A stretch of 63,563 nucleotides of DNA, filler included, from Kipferlia bialata (lineage: Eukaryota): NCBI GenBank assembly GCA_003568945.1. It is 7 parts of 7 records of this genome, joined end to end, with 100 filler letters (N's around TTAATTAATTAA, not from the genome) between each part and the next. Parts side by side here need not be neighbours in the genome. Positions count along the whole stretch, not along the records: positions 10,328 to 20,527 come from BDIP01001474.1; positions 20,628 to 30,826 come from BDIP01001475.1; 5 more parts are not named here. One strand, 5' to 3'. Numbering within the stretch: the first letter of the stretch is position 1; each line of letters opens with the position of its first letter. Made by a program: the position numbers and the translations under genes. The notes under the pieces are model-generated. The model searched no databases. It was not told the origin of the DNA and saw nothing but the letters and a program-made list of their open reading frames with translations. Positions 11,311 through 26,487 of this stretch are shown here, piece by piece.

Positions 11311-14300
11311 CTAGTACCCGTATCTGGAGTACTTGGGTGGGCTTGTTACAGCAGTGCCGCTGGCCACCTGGGTCATCTTACGCAGGATCTGGGGGTAAAT
11401 ACATATACATTATACATATACTCATATTATGGAGTGTGTATGTACATCTGCATACAGTGCCACTGGCCACCTGGAGGTTGAGTAGAAATCAAGTGATTAG
11501 TGAGGCATAATATAACTAAGAACAGTGTACCTCACGCTCCTCCAGGCTCCCAATAGGGATATCCCCCACCCTGAGGCCCCCACTCCTCAGACCCCCACCC
11601 ATGGCATAGCACCGGAAGCACTTCTTGGTCCTGATAGTAAGTACTTAAGTGCATAGTCAGAATATACATGAATGTACATATGCATGCTAGAACAAGGAAA
11701 GAAGTACCGCCATTGTTCCTGTGTATCACGGAGCACAGCACAGTATAGTATAGTATAGTATAGTATAGTATACATATACGTTACCTAGAGTTTGTACTTG
11801 GAAACAGACCCCCACACTGAGAGCAGATGATGGCCTGCCACCTGGGTGTTAGAGAGCTGTAGCTCTCTCTCTCTCTGTTTCCAAATATATCTCGGCACCC
11901 TTATTTTCAAATAGCCAAGGCGGCCGCCCCCTCGTAATACATCTATAATACTAGTGATATCCATAATAATATATATAATAATGAAACAATGTAAAATGTA
12001 TGAGTAGATGATAGCCTGCCACCTGGGCATTAGAGGCATACCCTCTATGTACTAGAATAAGAAGAGTATGACATATATAATAATACATATATTGATATAT
12101 AATTAGAATGAAACAGTGTAATATGTATGAGCAGATGATGGCCTGCCACCTGGGTGTTAGAGAGCTGTCTTCTCTCTGTCACACATCTTTCACTATCTCA
12201 TCTATACACACACATATATATGTATATATACTGACCTCTCCCCATCGTGCATAAAGTATCTTTCTCTCTCTCCATCTCTCTCTCTCTATATATATATACA
12301 TATATGTCATACCTCTCCCCATCGTGCATGAAGTATCTCTCTATATATATTCATACATTAATACATATAGACTGACCTCTCCCCATCGTGCATGAAGTAT
12401 CTCTTCTCCCCCTGGGTCATTCTATCTCTCTCTCTCTCTCTAGATATATATATATACATATACTGTCATACCTCTCCCCATCATGCATGAAGTATCTCTT
12501 CTCCCCCTGTGCCATTCTGGTACGGTATGTGGGGATGGGTATGGTTGCAACCTGGCATCAGACAGAGTATAATATATATATACACTGATATATATACATA
12601 ATTATATATGTGTGTGTATGGCCAGCAATGATATACCTTTGGGGGTGATGACTGCATGAAGTCACGCACAGACACCTTGGGCTGGGCCATCCTGGGGGGT
12701 GAGATAGGTATATATACACACACACGTGTATATGGGGTCAGAGTGTACAACATACTAATATATGAAGTATGAGCTTATGCAGTGAATATGCAATGTGCTA
12801 GTTCATGTACACATATGATGATGCAATTTCACCTTAACCTGGGCCATCCTGGGTGAGAGGGATGTATATAACATATTTATGTATATATATTATAGTGCAG
12901 ACATCTATAGTATAGGAGGGTATTTGTATCCCTGCATACCTGGCTGCTGTGTCTCCGGCTGCCCCCTTGGTAGGGGTCTGAAGATTAGAGTGAAATATAT
13001 ATCTCATACGTGTGTATGTGAATTGTCACACATAATGGTACTATCAACCGCCGCTCTCTTTGTACCAGAACCAATGTACTTACACTGAACCGTACCTTGG
13101 GCACCACCAGCACGGGCACATACTTAGACACAAGGTACCTTATACTAGTATTCAATGAATCTAATATATATATATATATATATACTGTACCACTATCCCG
13201 TACCTTGGGCACCACCAGCACGGGCACGGGCTGGGGGTCAGAGAGTGGTATGAAATACATGTATAAAAGATTATAACATAGTACTTCACTATGACAATGT
13301 ATGCATATGGAACATCAATCGATGCCTTACCTTAGCCTCGCAATGTACCACAATACTCATCCTCTGCCCAACCATAACATAGCGCCAGAACTGGGGTAAG
13401 CAGTAGCAATACAAGCAAACTATACACAACTCTAGTTGCAAGACAGGATCTCTAGTGGGTGACTCACATACACATGTATTCTACCCATGTGACCCAGAGA
13501 GAGCCCCTTACGAGGTCTAGCAATATATGTTTATATATCATTTCATTAAGATAGAAGCCCTTAATGAAATTTACTACTCAATAACTGCTCACACACATAT
13601 GAAGTGGTATGTATACCTGCAGTAGTCTCTTTGCGTCCAGCCCCTTGAGAGGCAGTGACTGGGTCTTGGTCACATTGAGCTAGAGGTGAGTGAAATATAT
13701 AAGGTTACAGTGACATCTGGGTCTTGGCCAGATAGAGCTGAGGGTGAGGGTAGACTTCGTCTGTGCAATATGAATTGATATGGTATGGAGATACAAATAT
13801 AGATGTGTATCGGACGCCAGGGATTTATGCAGTGAAACTCAACTAGAATAACCATAGCTCCACCTTGTCCTTCTAATATTCATGGTACCACTGGAGAGAC
13901 ACATATGAACACAGTACATTACAATCATACACTATATACTGTATAGTACGTATCCATACCTCCACCTTGTCCTTCCAGTCCTCATCCACCCTGAACCCTG
14001 CAACGCTGGATGGTTAGACGCTAATATACACATATACACATAATGCCCTAGGGTTAGAGCGAGGATAATCAATCGATATGTGGAGCCGTCTGAAGTATAC
14101 ATAAACCAGACACCGTCAACACATTCATAGGAATACTACTGCCAAGATCTGTGAAGTCATGATCGTTCCACATCATGTAAGATAGAGAAGCCGTAGGATA
14201 GATATACCTAACGCAGTCGTACACCGGAAGGATATACCTAATAATAATAGATATGTATATATATATAATAATATATATATATATATATCTATTATATATA

Positions 14301-17300
14301 CAATAATAGATATACCTAACGCAGTCGTACACAGGCTGCCTCAGCCCCTGGAGACATATCTCCTCTCCCATCTGCGTACACATATCCTGCCACTTGTCTC
14401 CGTTGAAGGCCTGATGCAGGATGTCGCACACACGGTGGTCGATCTTAAGTAAGAGAGGTAGTTACAAGCGAACGATATGCTCATACACAATGAATGAGTG
14501 TGTGCCCATGTATATATGCACACATGGTGGTCGATCTCTGGTTAGTACGGAATACACATTTACACTCAACAGAAAATAGTATCAAATGAACTATATACAG
14601 TTCTGGAAAGAATGATAACATACCATAAGGCCTAGTAACATACCTCCCATAACACTTGCTTTACGTAATGAAAGAAAGGTAATGAGAGGTCGTGTGCCGT
14701 ACCATCACTTTGACCATGGCACTATCCATATATATATATATATATATATCTCTGACCATCACTCTAGATATGTATATATATGTATATACATACTCTATTT
14801 GTGTGTCGTACCATCATTTTGACCATCACTATAGATATATACATGTCAATACATACAATACTTGTGTGCCGTACCATCACTTTGACCATGACCGTATATA
14901 CATACATACACATTAGTATATGTAAATATATATGTATATATATGAGCACAGTGTATATCTAGTATATAGTGTATGCCGTATATATAGTATATAGTGTGTG
15001 CCGTACCATCACTTTGACCATGGCGCTGTTGTCCTTTCTGTACTGGGGTGAGATGAGTCACATGGGAGAAACATCTAAGAGATATGCGAGGAATGTGGAA
15101 ATGCCACTCGATTAGATGTCTCCGGAACTATATTCTGATAACGAGCATCGATTCAGATGAAGACATGTAATGTGTGAACTTGTGCATATCTTACCATACC
15201 TTTCCCGTCTTTGGCTGGGGCCAGGCAGGAATGACCTGATGTCAGTAGCTGATACATGATCAAGTAAGTAATATGGAAATAGCTCAACTGTATTTGTAAT
15301 TGTCTCCGGCTGTTTTCACGTACATGGATCTCATAGTATCTCTCCTTGCAGTATCTCTCTGGCATGGGCTGACCAGGGGCAAAGCATGCATAGCCAGAGG
15401 GAGTAGGTGGGTACACGTACTGGGGGTGAGTTGACAACACAGTATAGACCATATGTATATGTGTGCCAGTGTGTGCGTGGTATACATATGAAAAGCAGGC
15501 ATAGCCAGAGGGGGTGGGGGAAATATTAATACTGGAGGTGAGACTTGCTGTGCCACTTACACTATAGTGACTTCAAATGAATATGATAGCTATGAAGCAA
15601 CAGGCATAGCCAGAGGGGGGTGCTCGTACTGAAGTCGGCAGACAATACGATAGACGATATATCTCGCTGGCCGATATACATACACATATGCAAAAGTATG
15701 AATGAAAATTGAGTGCAGAATGCATGTAAGGCAGGCATAGCCAGACGGAGTGGGGCGCAGCACATCTATACGACACCCGACATATATGAATGCACACACA
15801 CCTTGGGAATGGTAGGAGGGGGCAGGGCATACACTGGCTTGGGAGGGGGGAGTGTCTGAGGGTCAGTAAAACAATAGCGAAACACAACACAATTGCGTTG
15901 ATAACACATACCATTAACAAATTGGATTATCAGTTCGATGTCGTAGGTAACAGAATATAGAGAACAGAACATATACTACCCCTTTTCTACGTACTATGCT
16001 TTCGTATGTATAGTCACAATTTCTCACCAATGGATTACAGTGCACGTTCAGGCCACCCACTTCTTGTAAACACATATGTATACACACATAGTAATATATA
16101 TATAAGATAGAGTATATATGTAGAAGAAGAATCAGACTCACCAAGGGGTTGCACTGTACATACAGGGCTACCCCCTGCTTGTTATCATGCACACATGTGT
16201 ATATATAATAGTATACATGTATATCCACTATAGTAGTCATACATACCAATGGGTTGCAATGTACATATATGGCCACCCCCTTCTTGTTCTCATGCACACA
16301 CACATATATATAATAGTGTATATACATATATACAATAGTTCTCACATATACTTACCAGAGGATTGCAGTGCACGTACAGGGCCACCCCCTTCTTGTTCTC
16401 ATATATATATATAGTATATATGTATATACACTATAGTAGTCATACATACCAATGGGTTGCAGTGCACGTACAGGGCCACCCCCTTCTTGTTATCATATAT
16501 GTATACCCACATAATACTATACATAAATNNNNNNNNNNNNNNNNNNNNNNNNNNNNNNNNNNNNNNNNNNNNNNNNNNNNNNNNNNNNNNNNNNNNNNNN
16601 NNNNNNNNNNNNNNNNNNNNNNNNNNNNNNNNNNNNNNNNNNNNNNNNNNNNNNNNNNNNNNNNNNNNNNNNNNNNNNNNNNNNNNNNNNNNNNNNNNNN
16701 NNNNNNNNNNNNNNNNNNNNNNNNNNNNNNNNNNNNNNNNNNNNNNNNNNNNNNNNNNNNNNNNNNNNNNNNNNNNNNNNNNNNNNNNNNNNNNNNNNNN
16801 NNNNNNNNNNNNNNNNNNNNNNNNNNNNNNNNNNNNNNNNNNNNNNNNNNNNNNNNNNNNNNNNNNNNNNNNNNNNNNNNNNNNNNNNNNNNNNNNNNNN
16901 NNNNNNNNNNNNNNNNNNNNNNNNNNNNNNNNNNNNNNNNNNNNNNNNNNNNNNNNNNNNNNNNNNNNNNNNNNNNNNNNNNNNNNNNNNNNNNNNNNNN
17001 NNNNNNNNNNNNNNNNNNNNNNNNNNNNNNNNNNNNNNNNNNNNNNNNNNNNNNNNNNNNNNNNNNNNNNNNNNNNNNNNNNNNNNNNNNNNNNNNNNNN
17101 NNNNNNNNNNNNNNNNNNNNNNNNNNNNNNNNNNNNNNNNNNNNNNNNNNNNNNNNNNNNNNNNNNNNNNNNNNNNNNNNNNNNNNNNNNNNNNNNNNNN
17201 NNNNNNNNNNNNNNNNNNNNNNNNNNNNNNNNNNNNNNNNNNNNNNNNNNNNNNNNNNNNNNNNNNNNNNNNNNNNNNNNNNNNNNNNNNNNNNNNNNNN

Positions 17301-19356
17301 NNNNNNNNNNNNNNNNNNNNNNNNNNNNNNNNNNNNNNNNNNNNNNNNNNNNNNNNNNNNNNNNNNNNNNNNNNNNNNNNNNNNNNNNNNNNNNNNNNNN
17401 NNNNNNNNNNNNNNNNNNNNNNNNNNNNNNNNNNNNNNNNNNNNNNNNNNNNNNNNNNNNNNNNNNNNNNNNNNNNNNACATATATATATACCTACCTTG
17501 TGCAGTCTGCCACCCTGACGTATGTGTTGGTCTTGGGACTGATCTGACGGTGATGGATGGTTGACTATAACGCACACTGGGAATATGGACCAATACGTAA
17601 ATCACAAAACACTCCAGTATCATACATGATACCTCGACTGCACTCTAACCACTCTGGACATAAGTGAAAAGAAATATACATTGGGGTGTTCAACTATATA
17701 TATGTATGTGTTATTAGTTCATCTGCACACACACCTCCACTCTGCTCAACCACCCAGTGCATATGTAACCAGTACATGTGAATATACATACTTGTGAACT
17801 AGTATATATATACTGGAGTGTATATGTATATTCTTGTGTACATACCTCCACTGTACCCATCCACTCTGGGCATATGTCCAGACCACTCCTGTTGACACAG
17901 ATGAGGCAGTACTCGCCAAGCACATTGCGGTTGGCAGACCTGATGTTAGGACTACATATAGGTACACTCATTAATGTATGTATACATACGTTACATATTG
18001 TACTCCCCAAGCACATTGCGGTTGGCAGTCCTAAGGGTTGGGAGAAAATTATCCAGTAATACCCATATAGTGTGAATATATTGTAGTATAATTATTCGAA
18101 ACAACTATATCAAGTTTAGGGTATTCATATGTGTACTTACGTGCGAGGGTCTTGAGAGTCATATGCATATGTATATATATATGTTCATATGTATCTGCGT
18201 ATAATAGTGTAGTGCATGCATATGTATACGCATTGACGTACTTTCGAGGGTCTTGAGAGTCATATCCGCCCATCAGATAGTCCATACGGCTGTACTGGGG
18301 TGAGATTGGGAAGCTGTGAAACATATACATTTACTTAAGTGAAATAGAGATATAGATATTCTGAATACATATTCATCCATACCTTATAGCCTTCCGTGTC
18401 TCTGGCGCTACAATACTGGATAATACAGCATAATATGTATATGCAGTATTATATAGTGTATTGAATTCATCAGTAAATACCTTATCCGTTGGCTGTGTTG
18501 CCTTCCGTGTCTCTGCCTCTAAAAGAGTATATATATACACAAATAGTACAATATAGTGTTCATATATCATATATACATTGTATGCATTTACCTTATCCGT
18601 TGGCTGTGTTGCCTTCCGTGTCTCTGGGGCCGCAGTTCTCAATATTCTGATACGCTTTGTCTCCTTCCTCACACGGCAAGAGAGCTGGGGTGATGTATAT
18701 AGAGAAATATAGAGCATTGACAACACGTATACATATAGAATATATATACCATGCCACCAATGTATTCACTTGTGTATAATCCATACCCTGATCCTCACAT
18801 GTACCTTAGACATACTAGTATACATGGGTATGAATATTACTGATAGTATATATTATTCATACATATCCATACCCTCGACCCTGTCTTGTACTTTGGGTCC
18901 CGTGGGTATATATGTATAAATCATATATATATAAGTAGTATATCCCCCCTTCTCAATATATATATACATATACATACCCTCGACCGTGTCTTGTACTTTG
19001 GGTCCTGGGGGTGTGTCTTGTAGATGGGGATGACAGACACAACGAGGTGCTGGGGTAAGAAAGATGTACGGTATACAATATATCATATGTATTCATAGCT
19101 CCTTGTCTGACACGATGTCACTGTTGGGGGGAGACCATATGAGTATACACAGTATGCATTTATATACATTCACAAAGTGTGTATATATCCCTCCTTATCT
19201 GACCCATGTCACTGCCGGGGGTGTATATATGACGTAGCTATATATACACACACATATATATATACAAGTATATGGGTTGGTGACTACATATATATGATGT
19301 ATATCCATACCCCATGTCACTGCCAGAGAGAGAACACATAAGTATACGTAGTATAC

Positions 19357-19389
<33 letters not shown>

Positions 19390-20422
19390 CATATGTATAC
19401 ATATATATATATGTACTAACTGTATATGGATACCTCCTTGTCTGACCCCATGTCACTGCCAGGGAAAGAACACATAAGTATACGTAGTATGAATATATAT
19501 ACATATATATAAATGTGTGTACTATCTCTATATCCATACCTCCTTGTCTGACCCCATGTCACTGCCAGGGGGGAGTGTATATATGTATACGTAGTATACA
19601 TATGTATACATATATATATTGTATGTATACATATATATATAGTATGTCTATATACCTCCCTGTCTGACCCCATGTCACTGCCAGGTGGCAGTACCACCAG
19701 ACTGGGTGGACCCTTGGGCTTGACCTGATAGTGAGATAATGCATAGAGAGAGAGCAGACAGAGAAAGAGAGTCTGATTAGTATGGGATGCCTCGGGAGTG
19801 GGAGGGGCTCAATGAATATATAGATAGACAGATATGATAGGTATATACTATTAGATAATACTAATATGTAGAGCAGACATAGAGAGTACCTGCTTAGGAG
19901 GAGATGCCTTGGCAGCTTGAGGAGTGGCAGTGGCAGCTGACCCTGTCTGGAGGATGAGGAATACATATATATATGTAGATATACATACTATATACATACT
20001 ATATACATATACATATACATACTCATACATGTACCAATGGAACCATATATTATAGATGTATATAGTGTACATTTGCAGGAGAGGGGAGAGAGGGTGAGAA
20101 TTTAACCTGGGGAGGAGGTTGAAAGGGGGGGGGGGGCGTAAGGCTGACCATTGTATCATTTGGGGATGACTTGATATATATGACATATATATCCTCCAAG
20201 GATACAGAGTATCGTTTAATACATAGGGATATGAGAGAGAGAGACTACCTGCTTCGTTGGAGGTGGCTAATATATATTAATGAATATATGCACAGACAGG
20301 CAGAGAGAGAGAGAGAGAGACAGAGAGAGAGAGAGAGATAGAGAGAGAGAGACTACCTGCTTTGCTGGAGTTGGCTTCAGAGCTAGGGGAGACACACTGG
20401 CAGAAGTGGTAGTGGACTCCAC
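11311..20422 (-). CDS. Large many-exon protein of unknown function (5' truncated, internal gap) with C-terminal CxxC-CxxC motif
   Basis: Exons read e.g. YSRMDYLMGGYDSQDPRK, SANRNVLGEYCLICVNRSGLDICPEW, IDHRVCDILHQAFNGDKWQDMC, FWRYVMVGQRMSIVVHCEAK, WQAIICSQCGGLFPSTNSR|TKKCFRC, ending PKYSRYGY* (TAG 11313-11311). Could be two genes across the 16529-17478 gap. Confidence 0.55.
16020..16495 (-). repeat. Array of five partial exon copies (NKKGVALYVHCNPL-like)
   Basis: Variants of the plus-strand motif CCAATGGGTTGCAGTGCACGTACAGGGCCACCCCCTTCTTG recur at roughly 100-nt spacing with TA-rich spacers. Confidence 0.85.
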
Positions 20423-20891
20423 CTATATGTAAGGTATAGGGAGAGAGAGAGAGAGAGGGGACAGGAAAGGATAGCGCAGGGGAAGGGGGGGGGGGGGATG
20501 ACAGGCGAATAAAAAAAAGATCACATANNNNNNNNNNNNNNNNNNNNNNNNNNNNNNNNNNNNNNNNNNNNTTAATTAATTAANNNNNNNNNNNNNNNNN
20601 NNNNNNNNNNNNNNNNNNNNNNNNNNNATAGAGGGGGGAAAAAAGAGGGGGGGGGGGGGGGGGGGGTCAGTAGAGGTGATATATACACACGCACAAGCAG
20701 AATATACTTCATGCAAGAGAATACGGACACTGCAACCACTTAAACAAGCCACACACAAGAATAGAGCATTGCGTGATAATCGTGTAATCGTATGCATAGT
20801 GAGGTGAAGTCCTTATTATGGCACCAACGGCAGTTATGCCCCCGTGTGTGTATCTAACCACCAGAATGTATACGTATAACAATGTATACCC

Positions 20892-21450
20892 ACCTCTCAT
20901 TCTCTGCTGGGCTATCCTAGCAATGTCCCTGACCACAGTGCCAAGGGCTCTATGTCCAGGTACATCCGAGGGCGTGGTGAACTCAAGCAGCCTATCACCA
21001 TTACCAGACTGCTCTATGCGCACCTTTAGTTGTGCTGTAGAGTCCACAGGGACCATCTATACACCAGGCTCCTGGAATTGATGGTAGAAGAGGGTAAAAC
21101 AGTCCACACAGTAATGCTATTAAAAACCCTTTGGTCCATTTTTGACTGTTAGTGTCAGAAAGCATTCTTGTCACAGGTTGTGACATCCCTCCCTCTTCCA
21201 TGTACCCCGGACGGTAGACTACCATTAGGGTTGTGCCACGTAGTTTAGTGTCTACGAAGGAATAGTATGAAGATGTACTTCGACAAGACTGTGTCAGCCT
21301 CTCCATGTACCAGTATCCTTGCTGGAAACATAAATAATTACATACATTTCTACAGAAATAGATATATACCATTGTTATTGAGCCAAATCACTGACCAACA
21401 CCCTCCCCGGGGTCATAGCACATGCTCTGCTATAGTGCCGGGATGTGGAA
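20892..21450 (-). pseudogene. Probable decayed gene fragment
   Basis: An exon-like block with acceptor and donor reads EPGV*MVPVDSTAQLKVRIEQ...IARIAQQRMR, with an in-frame TAG and several CTA/GTA/ATA codons that look atypical of the intact genes here. Confidence 0.3.
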
Positions 21451-21767
21451 GAGGGAGATGGAGAGGGAGTGGGAGAGGGAGAGGAAGAGGGTTTATGAGG
21501 GACTAACCAATCTACAGAGAGGTACTGTGATTCAAACCAAACAATAACCCTTCATTATCGACAATAACTACTACTCGGGATAGCAAGTCACTGTGGTCAA
21601 ATTTACTATTAGACTCCCAGACTCACCTTCACCGTAACCTCTTCAAAAACACATAAAACGGGATACAGAAACACAGACAAATTGCACAATAGAGGTTGAA
21701 GAATATGAGTGAGTATGGGTAGTACCCATAGGGTGATGATACCCTTTGGATACACCTAGAGTACAGT

Positions 21768-21894
21768 CTACCCTAGCACCCCAGCGTGTGCACTGGGTGT
21801 AGAGTGGTCGTCACCATCGCCCAGTAGAGAGCGGGTTCCACCTCCCACAGACACAGATATGGAGTCCCTGGAACCCCTGAAGGCTACGGTTAGA

Positions 21895-21931
<37 letters not shown>

Positions 21932-24900
21932 AATAGACAATATATATATATGAGATACTGATACTGACACAGATATGGAGTCCCTGGAANNNNNNNNNAT
22001 ATATATGAGATACTGATACTGACACAGATATGGAGTCCCTGGAACCCCTGAAGCCTTGGATAAGAAACAATAACTACGTGGTATTTAGAGAAAAGTGTGC
22101 ACATACCTACGCGTTCGGAGCCTGGCATAGGAGATGGCGGGGCACTGTCTCTCGAGTATGCTCTGGACCTAGGGGTGCCTGAGGGGTAAGCAGAGTGAGG
22201 GAGAGAGGTAGAGAGCGAGAGAGGAAGTGGCAAAACCTGGACCTAGGGGTGCCTGGGGGGTAGCAAGAGAGGGAGAGGGGATATGATACACACATGCATA
22301 TACAATTATGGAGAGAGAGAGTTAGGAAGTGGTACCTGAGGCCGGCGACCGCATAGCCCGGTACCCCTTGCTCTCTCTCTCCACCATCTTCTCTCTCTCC
22401 CTGTCAGATCCACCAAAGTTGTATAGGTCGAACCAACACCCTAGGGCTAGGACGAAACAGAGCGCAAAGAGAGACAGGAGCATCACGGTGGTCTGGTGGT
22501 GAGGTATATACATATATGTATATACAAGAATAGTGAAGATGAATGATATAGGCACAGGAGCATGACGGCTGTCTGGTAGTGAGAAGCTGAGTAGACACAT
22601 ATACTGATACTGATAACGCGTATATACTCATGATGGAAAGGCAAGTGAAGGAGCGGATGAGGGTGAGATACAGGCGAGAAAGGGAAACCACATACGCACC
22701 CCCCCCCCTGCAATGTGCAGTACCAACAGGACAGCTGCCATTGTGCATGTTGTACCAGTGTCAGTCAGGACCGACATGACAGCCAGAGGGACATGCAGTA
22801 CACGCAGTGACTTAGATTAGTATACATACATGAATACATATATATATAGAGAGAGAGAGTGTGTCGGTCAAGACAGACATGACAGCCAGAGGGACATGCA
22901 GTACACGAAGAGACTAAGGTTAGGATACGTATGAATATATATATATATATGGCGAGAGAAAGAGAGAGTCTGTCATTATTTCAGACATACATTACGGAGG
23001 GACTTGGGTCAGCAGAGAGAACTGAGGGAGGAAGATATGTAGTGCACGCAAGAACTAGTATGGAAGCCCACCTCCACCATGACGTCTGTGCTGGCATCTA
23101 CATACACTACCTATGTTATACACTACAAATAAATACCATATGTATACACTATACATATACATCCACCCACCTCCACCATGACGTCTGTGCTGGCAAAGGA
23201 GAACGTGCCCAACAGACACCTGGGGTTCAGGGGGGTAGAGCAACCAAATGATAGTAGAATACAAATGTGCACATAAAAATATATATATTCATACATATAG
23301 AATGTGCCCAACAGACACCTGGGGGTCAGGGGGAGGGAAAGAGATGCGATATATGAGCAGACGTCAGAGAGTGAGAGCGAAGCGCATAGTTAGATTACAC
23401 ATAACCCCCCCCCCCCTCCAATAGCTATGCTGTAACTGTATACATACCACAAGGGTGACTCCTCATGGAAGACTGAGTATATATACAGTACAGGTACTTA
23501 CCCCATGGCTATGCACAATATACATGTGCTAGATAGCAGGAGGGACTCCTCATGGAAGACTGAGTATATGAACAGGGCAGAGGCCAGGGCCAGGAGACAG
23601 AGGGACAGACCCACACCGGCACCCTCGCCACCCCTTGGTATTAGTATTTGGTTTGAGATATAATAGAAGTAATATATATATATATATATCTTTATATAAA
23701 AGTGTATATGAGAGAGAGAGAAAAAGAGAGAGAGGGACCTACACCGGCACCCTCGCCACCCTTTAACATCAGAGCGAGACAATTGGAAAGAAGGAAGGAA
23801 AGAAAGAGAGATAGAGAGAGAGAGAGAGAAAGAGAGAGATAACGCTGTCAATGGAATTGTGGTACCTTCCCCTCCCCTTTCTGCTCCCCCTGAGGCTCCT
23901 GGGCTGGGTCCTGCCCTTCTTGATAGAGGACTGCTTAGAATGTCTGACACAGCCATATGCAACAAACATAATGGCAATGCCTGATGTAAGGGGCTAGAGG
24001 GAGAGAGAGAGAGAGAGAGAGAATGACGCAACCATAGGCCACAAACATGACCGCTATGCCTGGTATATGGGGCTCGAGAGAGTATGGGTGTCCACATCAC
24101 CGCAAAACCAGTATACAAAACTACATATATACATATTATCATACCTACAGCAAGACCGACAGCTGTGCACAGGAGACACAGGGCACCTGGGGATAAGAGA
24201 GACACAGAGGGGGAGAGAGAGACAGGGAAGAAGTAGAACACTCGCAGGGAAATATATGTACTTGTGTAATGATATGTAGAATTTTACCCGTGTGCATGAG
24301 GTTGTCTGACACGACAGATGGATGTGCAGCCAAGAGCTGGGGCAGGACACACACAAGGGCCTGATTGTGAGAAGAGAGAGAAAGGGGAGGGGGGGGGGGG
24401 GGATATCAGAGAGGCGACACCGACTGTACCTTCAGACACCCACATACTGCCTCGTTAACAAGATTGTGCATACATATATGCACAACCCATACATACACAT
24501 ATATACCTTGAGACACCCACACACCGCCCCGTATCTGAGGCTTCTGTTGACCATGCCCCTGCCCGCTAGTCGCTTCCCAACCTTGAGACCCCTGGGGGTG
24601 AGTATACACTTTCAACACATATCTATACGTATGACATACAGAGACTTAGGTGTGAGTTATAATGGAGAATAGTAACGAGTATAATATACAGAGATACTGC
24701 TTACCAGTCTCTTGCCAACGTTGAGACCCCTGCGTGTGACATATCATGTGACTATATACAACACTGCGTGGTATATATACCTGAACACGTGCGTATGGGC
24801 GTTGCGGGCAGCTGCCGTGAGGGACCTGCGCCACGTGACAAGACCGGGTCTGTCCTAGGGGGTAAGGCATAATTAACATATCATATAGAACAGCAACACT

Positions 24901-26396
24901 TAGAATTGCACTATATTCTACTCTTTAAGTAAATACATATATCATCATAAATACTGGAAATGGATAGTAATTTATATATACGTTTACCCATACCTTTGGC
25001 AGCAGGAATGTGAGTGCCCCAAGTATCATACAGATTCACGATAAATATATATAATATACGAATATGAAAATAATATATATATATACTAAAATACTAATAC
25101 ATATACCCATACCTTTGGCAGCAGGAATGTGAGTGCCCCAAGGCCAAGCAGAAGGAGACACACAACTACCTGGGGTGGGTATATACAGTAGATACTAGAA
25201 AGATACATAGACAATATATTAATGTATATTTTTTGATTATGTATATATCACAACCTGGGGTCAAATAAGTATGTAGAAAGAGAGAGAGAGAGTAGGACTT
25301 TGGTCTCACCATTGACATGGTCGCACTGTGCCCTGGGTATGTGTGTGTGGACAGGGAGGCAGGTATACATATATGCATATATATATACATATATATATAC
25401 ATATCAATATACATACCATCGACATTGTGGCACTGTGCCCTGGGTATGTGTGTGTGGACAGGGAGGCAGGGGCCAGTGCAAACAGGCCCCCACAGACACA
25501 CACCAGGGTGAGGCAGGATGCAAGGGCATGGCGCTTCTGTCTTTGGTTAGTCATACTCATCACACACACACATATATAGTGTATGCCAGGGTGGTTAGCA
25601 CTCAGGTACTTTCCTATACAATAATCATGCAGTGTGTTGCATAGTACCTAGACACCGACACTGACAGTATGTATCTGCAGTATGACAGGAAGTGTGTCAG
25701 CACAGCCATGGCCACGAAGCAGCAGCAGAGGACAGCGGTGGAGAGACCTGAGGGGTGAGAGACATTCCAGTATACTATGTTAGTATTGGGGATTGAATGG
25801 TTAGAGAATAAAAATATACTGAATTTAGACATATACAGAAATACATATTGGTAGAAACATCATTATTGACTGTATATTGTAACACTATACCTGATACCGA
25901 TTGCCCCATGAGCATCAGGGGTGAATATGAAGAAGTACACACATACACACACACACACATATACATATATATATAAATTCGTATATATACTAGACCAGAT
26001 ACACTACCTGACACCGATGGCCCCATCGACCCCATGAGCATCAGGGGTGCATTGAGAAGGGCAGACCCAAGGGTCACAAAGACAACGGCAGACCGGAGGT
26101 GCTGGGGTGAGATATACACAATTCAGAGGGAGAGAGAGAGAGAGAGAGACTGGGGTGTTAGTTCTTATATGAAAGGAATGTGTTAAGAGAGACAGAGACA
26201 TCGGTGGTGGGATGAGAGCACGTGAGATAGAGAAGGGTCAACCGGTTCCTTCTCAGATAGTAGGCATTATACTTCGTATTGTATTAGTATTTCATACACC
26301 ATATACCTGTCTCTCATATGTGGCCACACTGGGGCAGTATCAGTAACAATTTCCACCAAAAGGTCTAGGAACGTATGGTCCCACTACTATATATAC

Positions 26397-26429
<33 letters not shown>

Positions 26430-26487
26430 CCTGTCTCTCGTATGTGGCCACACCCAGTGCAGGCAGCAGAACGAGGGTGCAGAGGCC
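21768..26487 (-). CDS. Polytopic membrane protein (about 10 or more hydrophobic segments; transporter-like), start not resolved
   Basis: Exons e.g. GLCTLVLLPALGVATYERQ, HLRSAVVFVTLGSALLNAPLMLM, GLSTAVLCCCFVAMAVLTHFLSYC, GVGLSLCLLALASALFIYSVFHEE, TTVMLLSLFALCFVLALGCWFDLY; Ser/Arg-rich tail ends at TAG 21770-21768. Confidence 0.6.

Noticed and set aside
16363..17623. 350-395 aa ORFs here and at 56619-57867
   Set aside because: They run through N gaps; artefacts.
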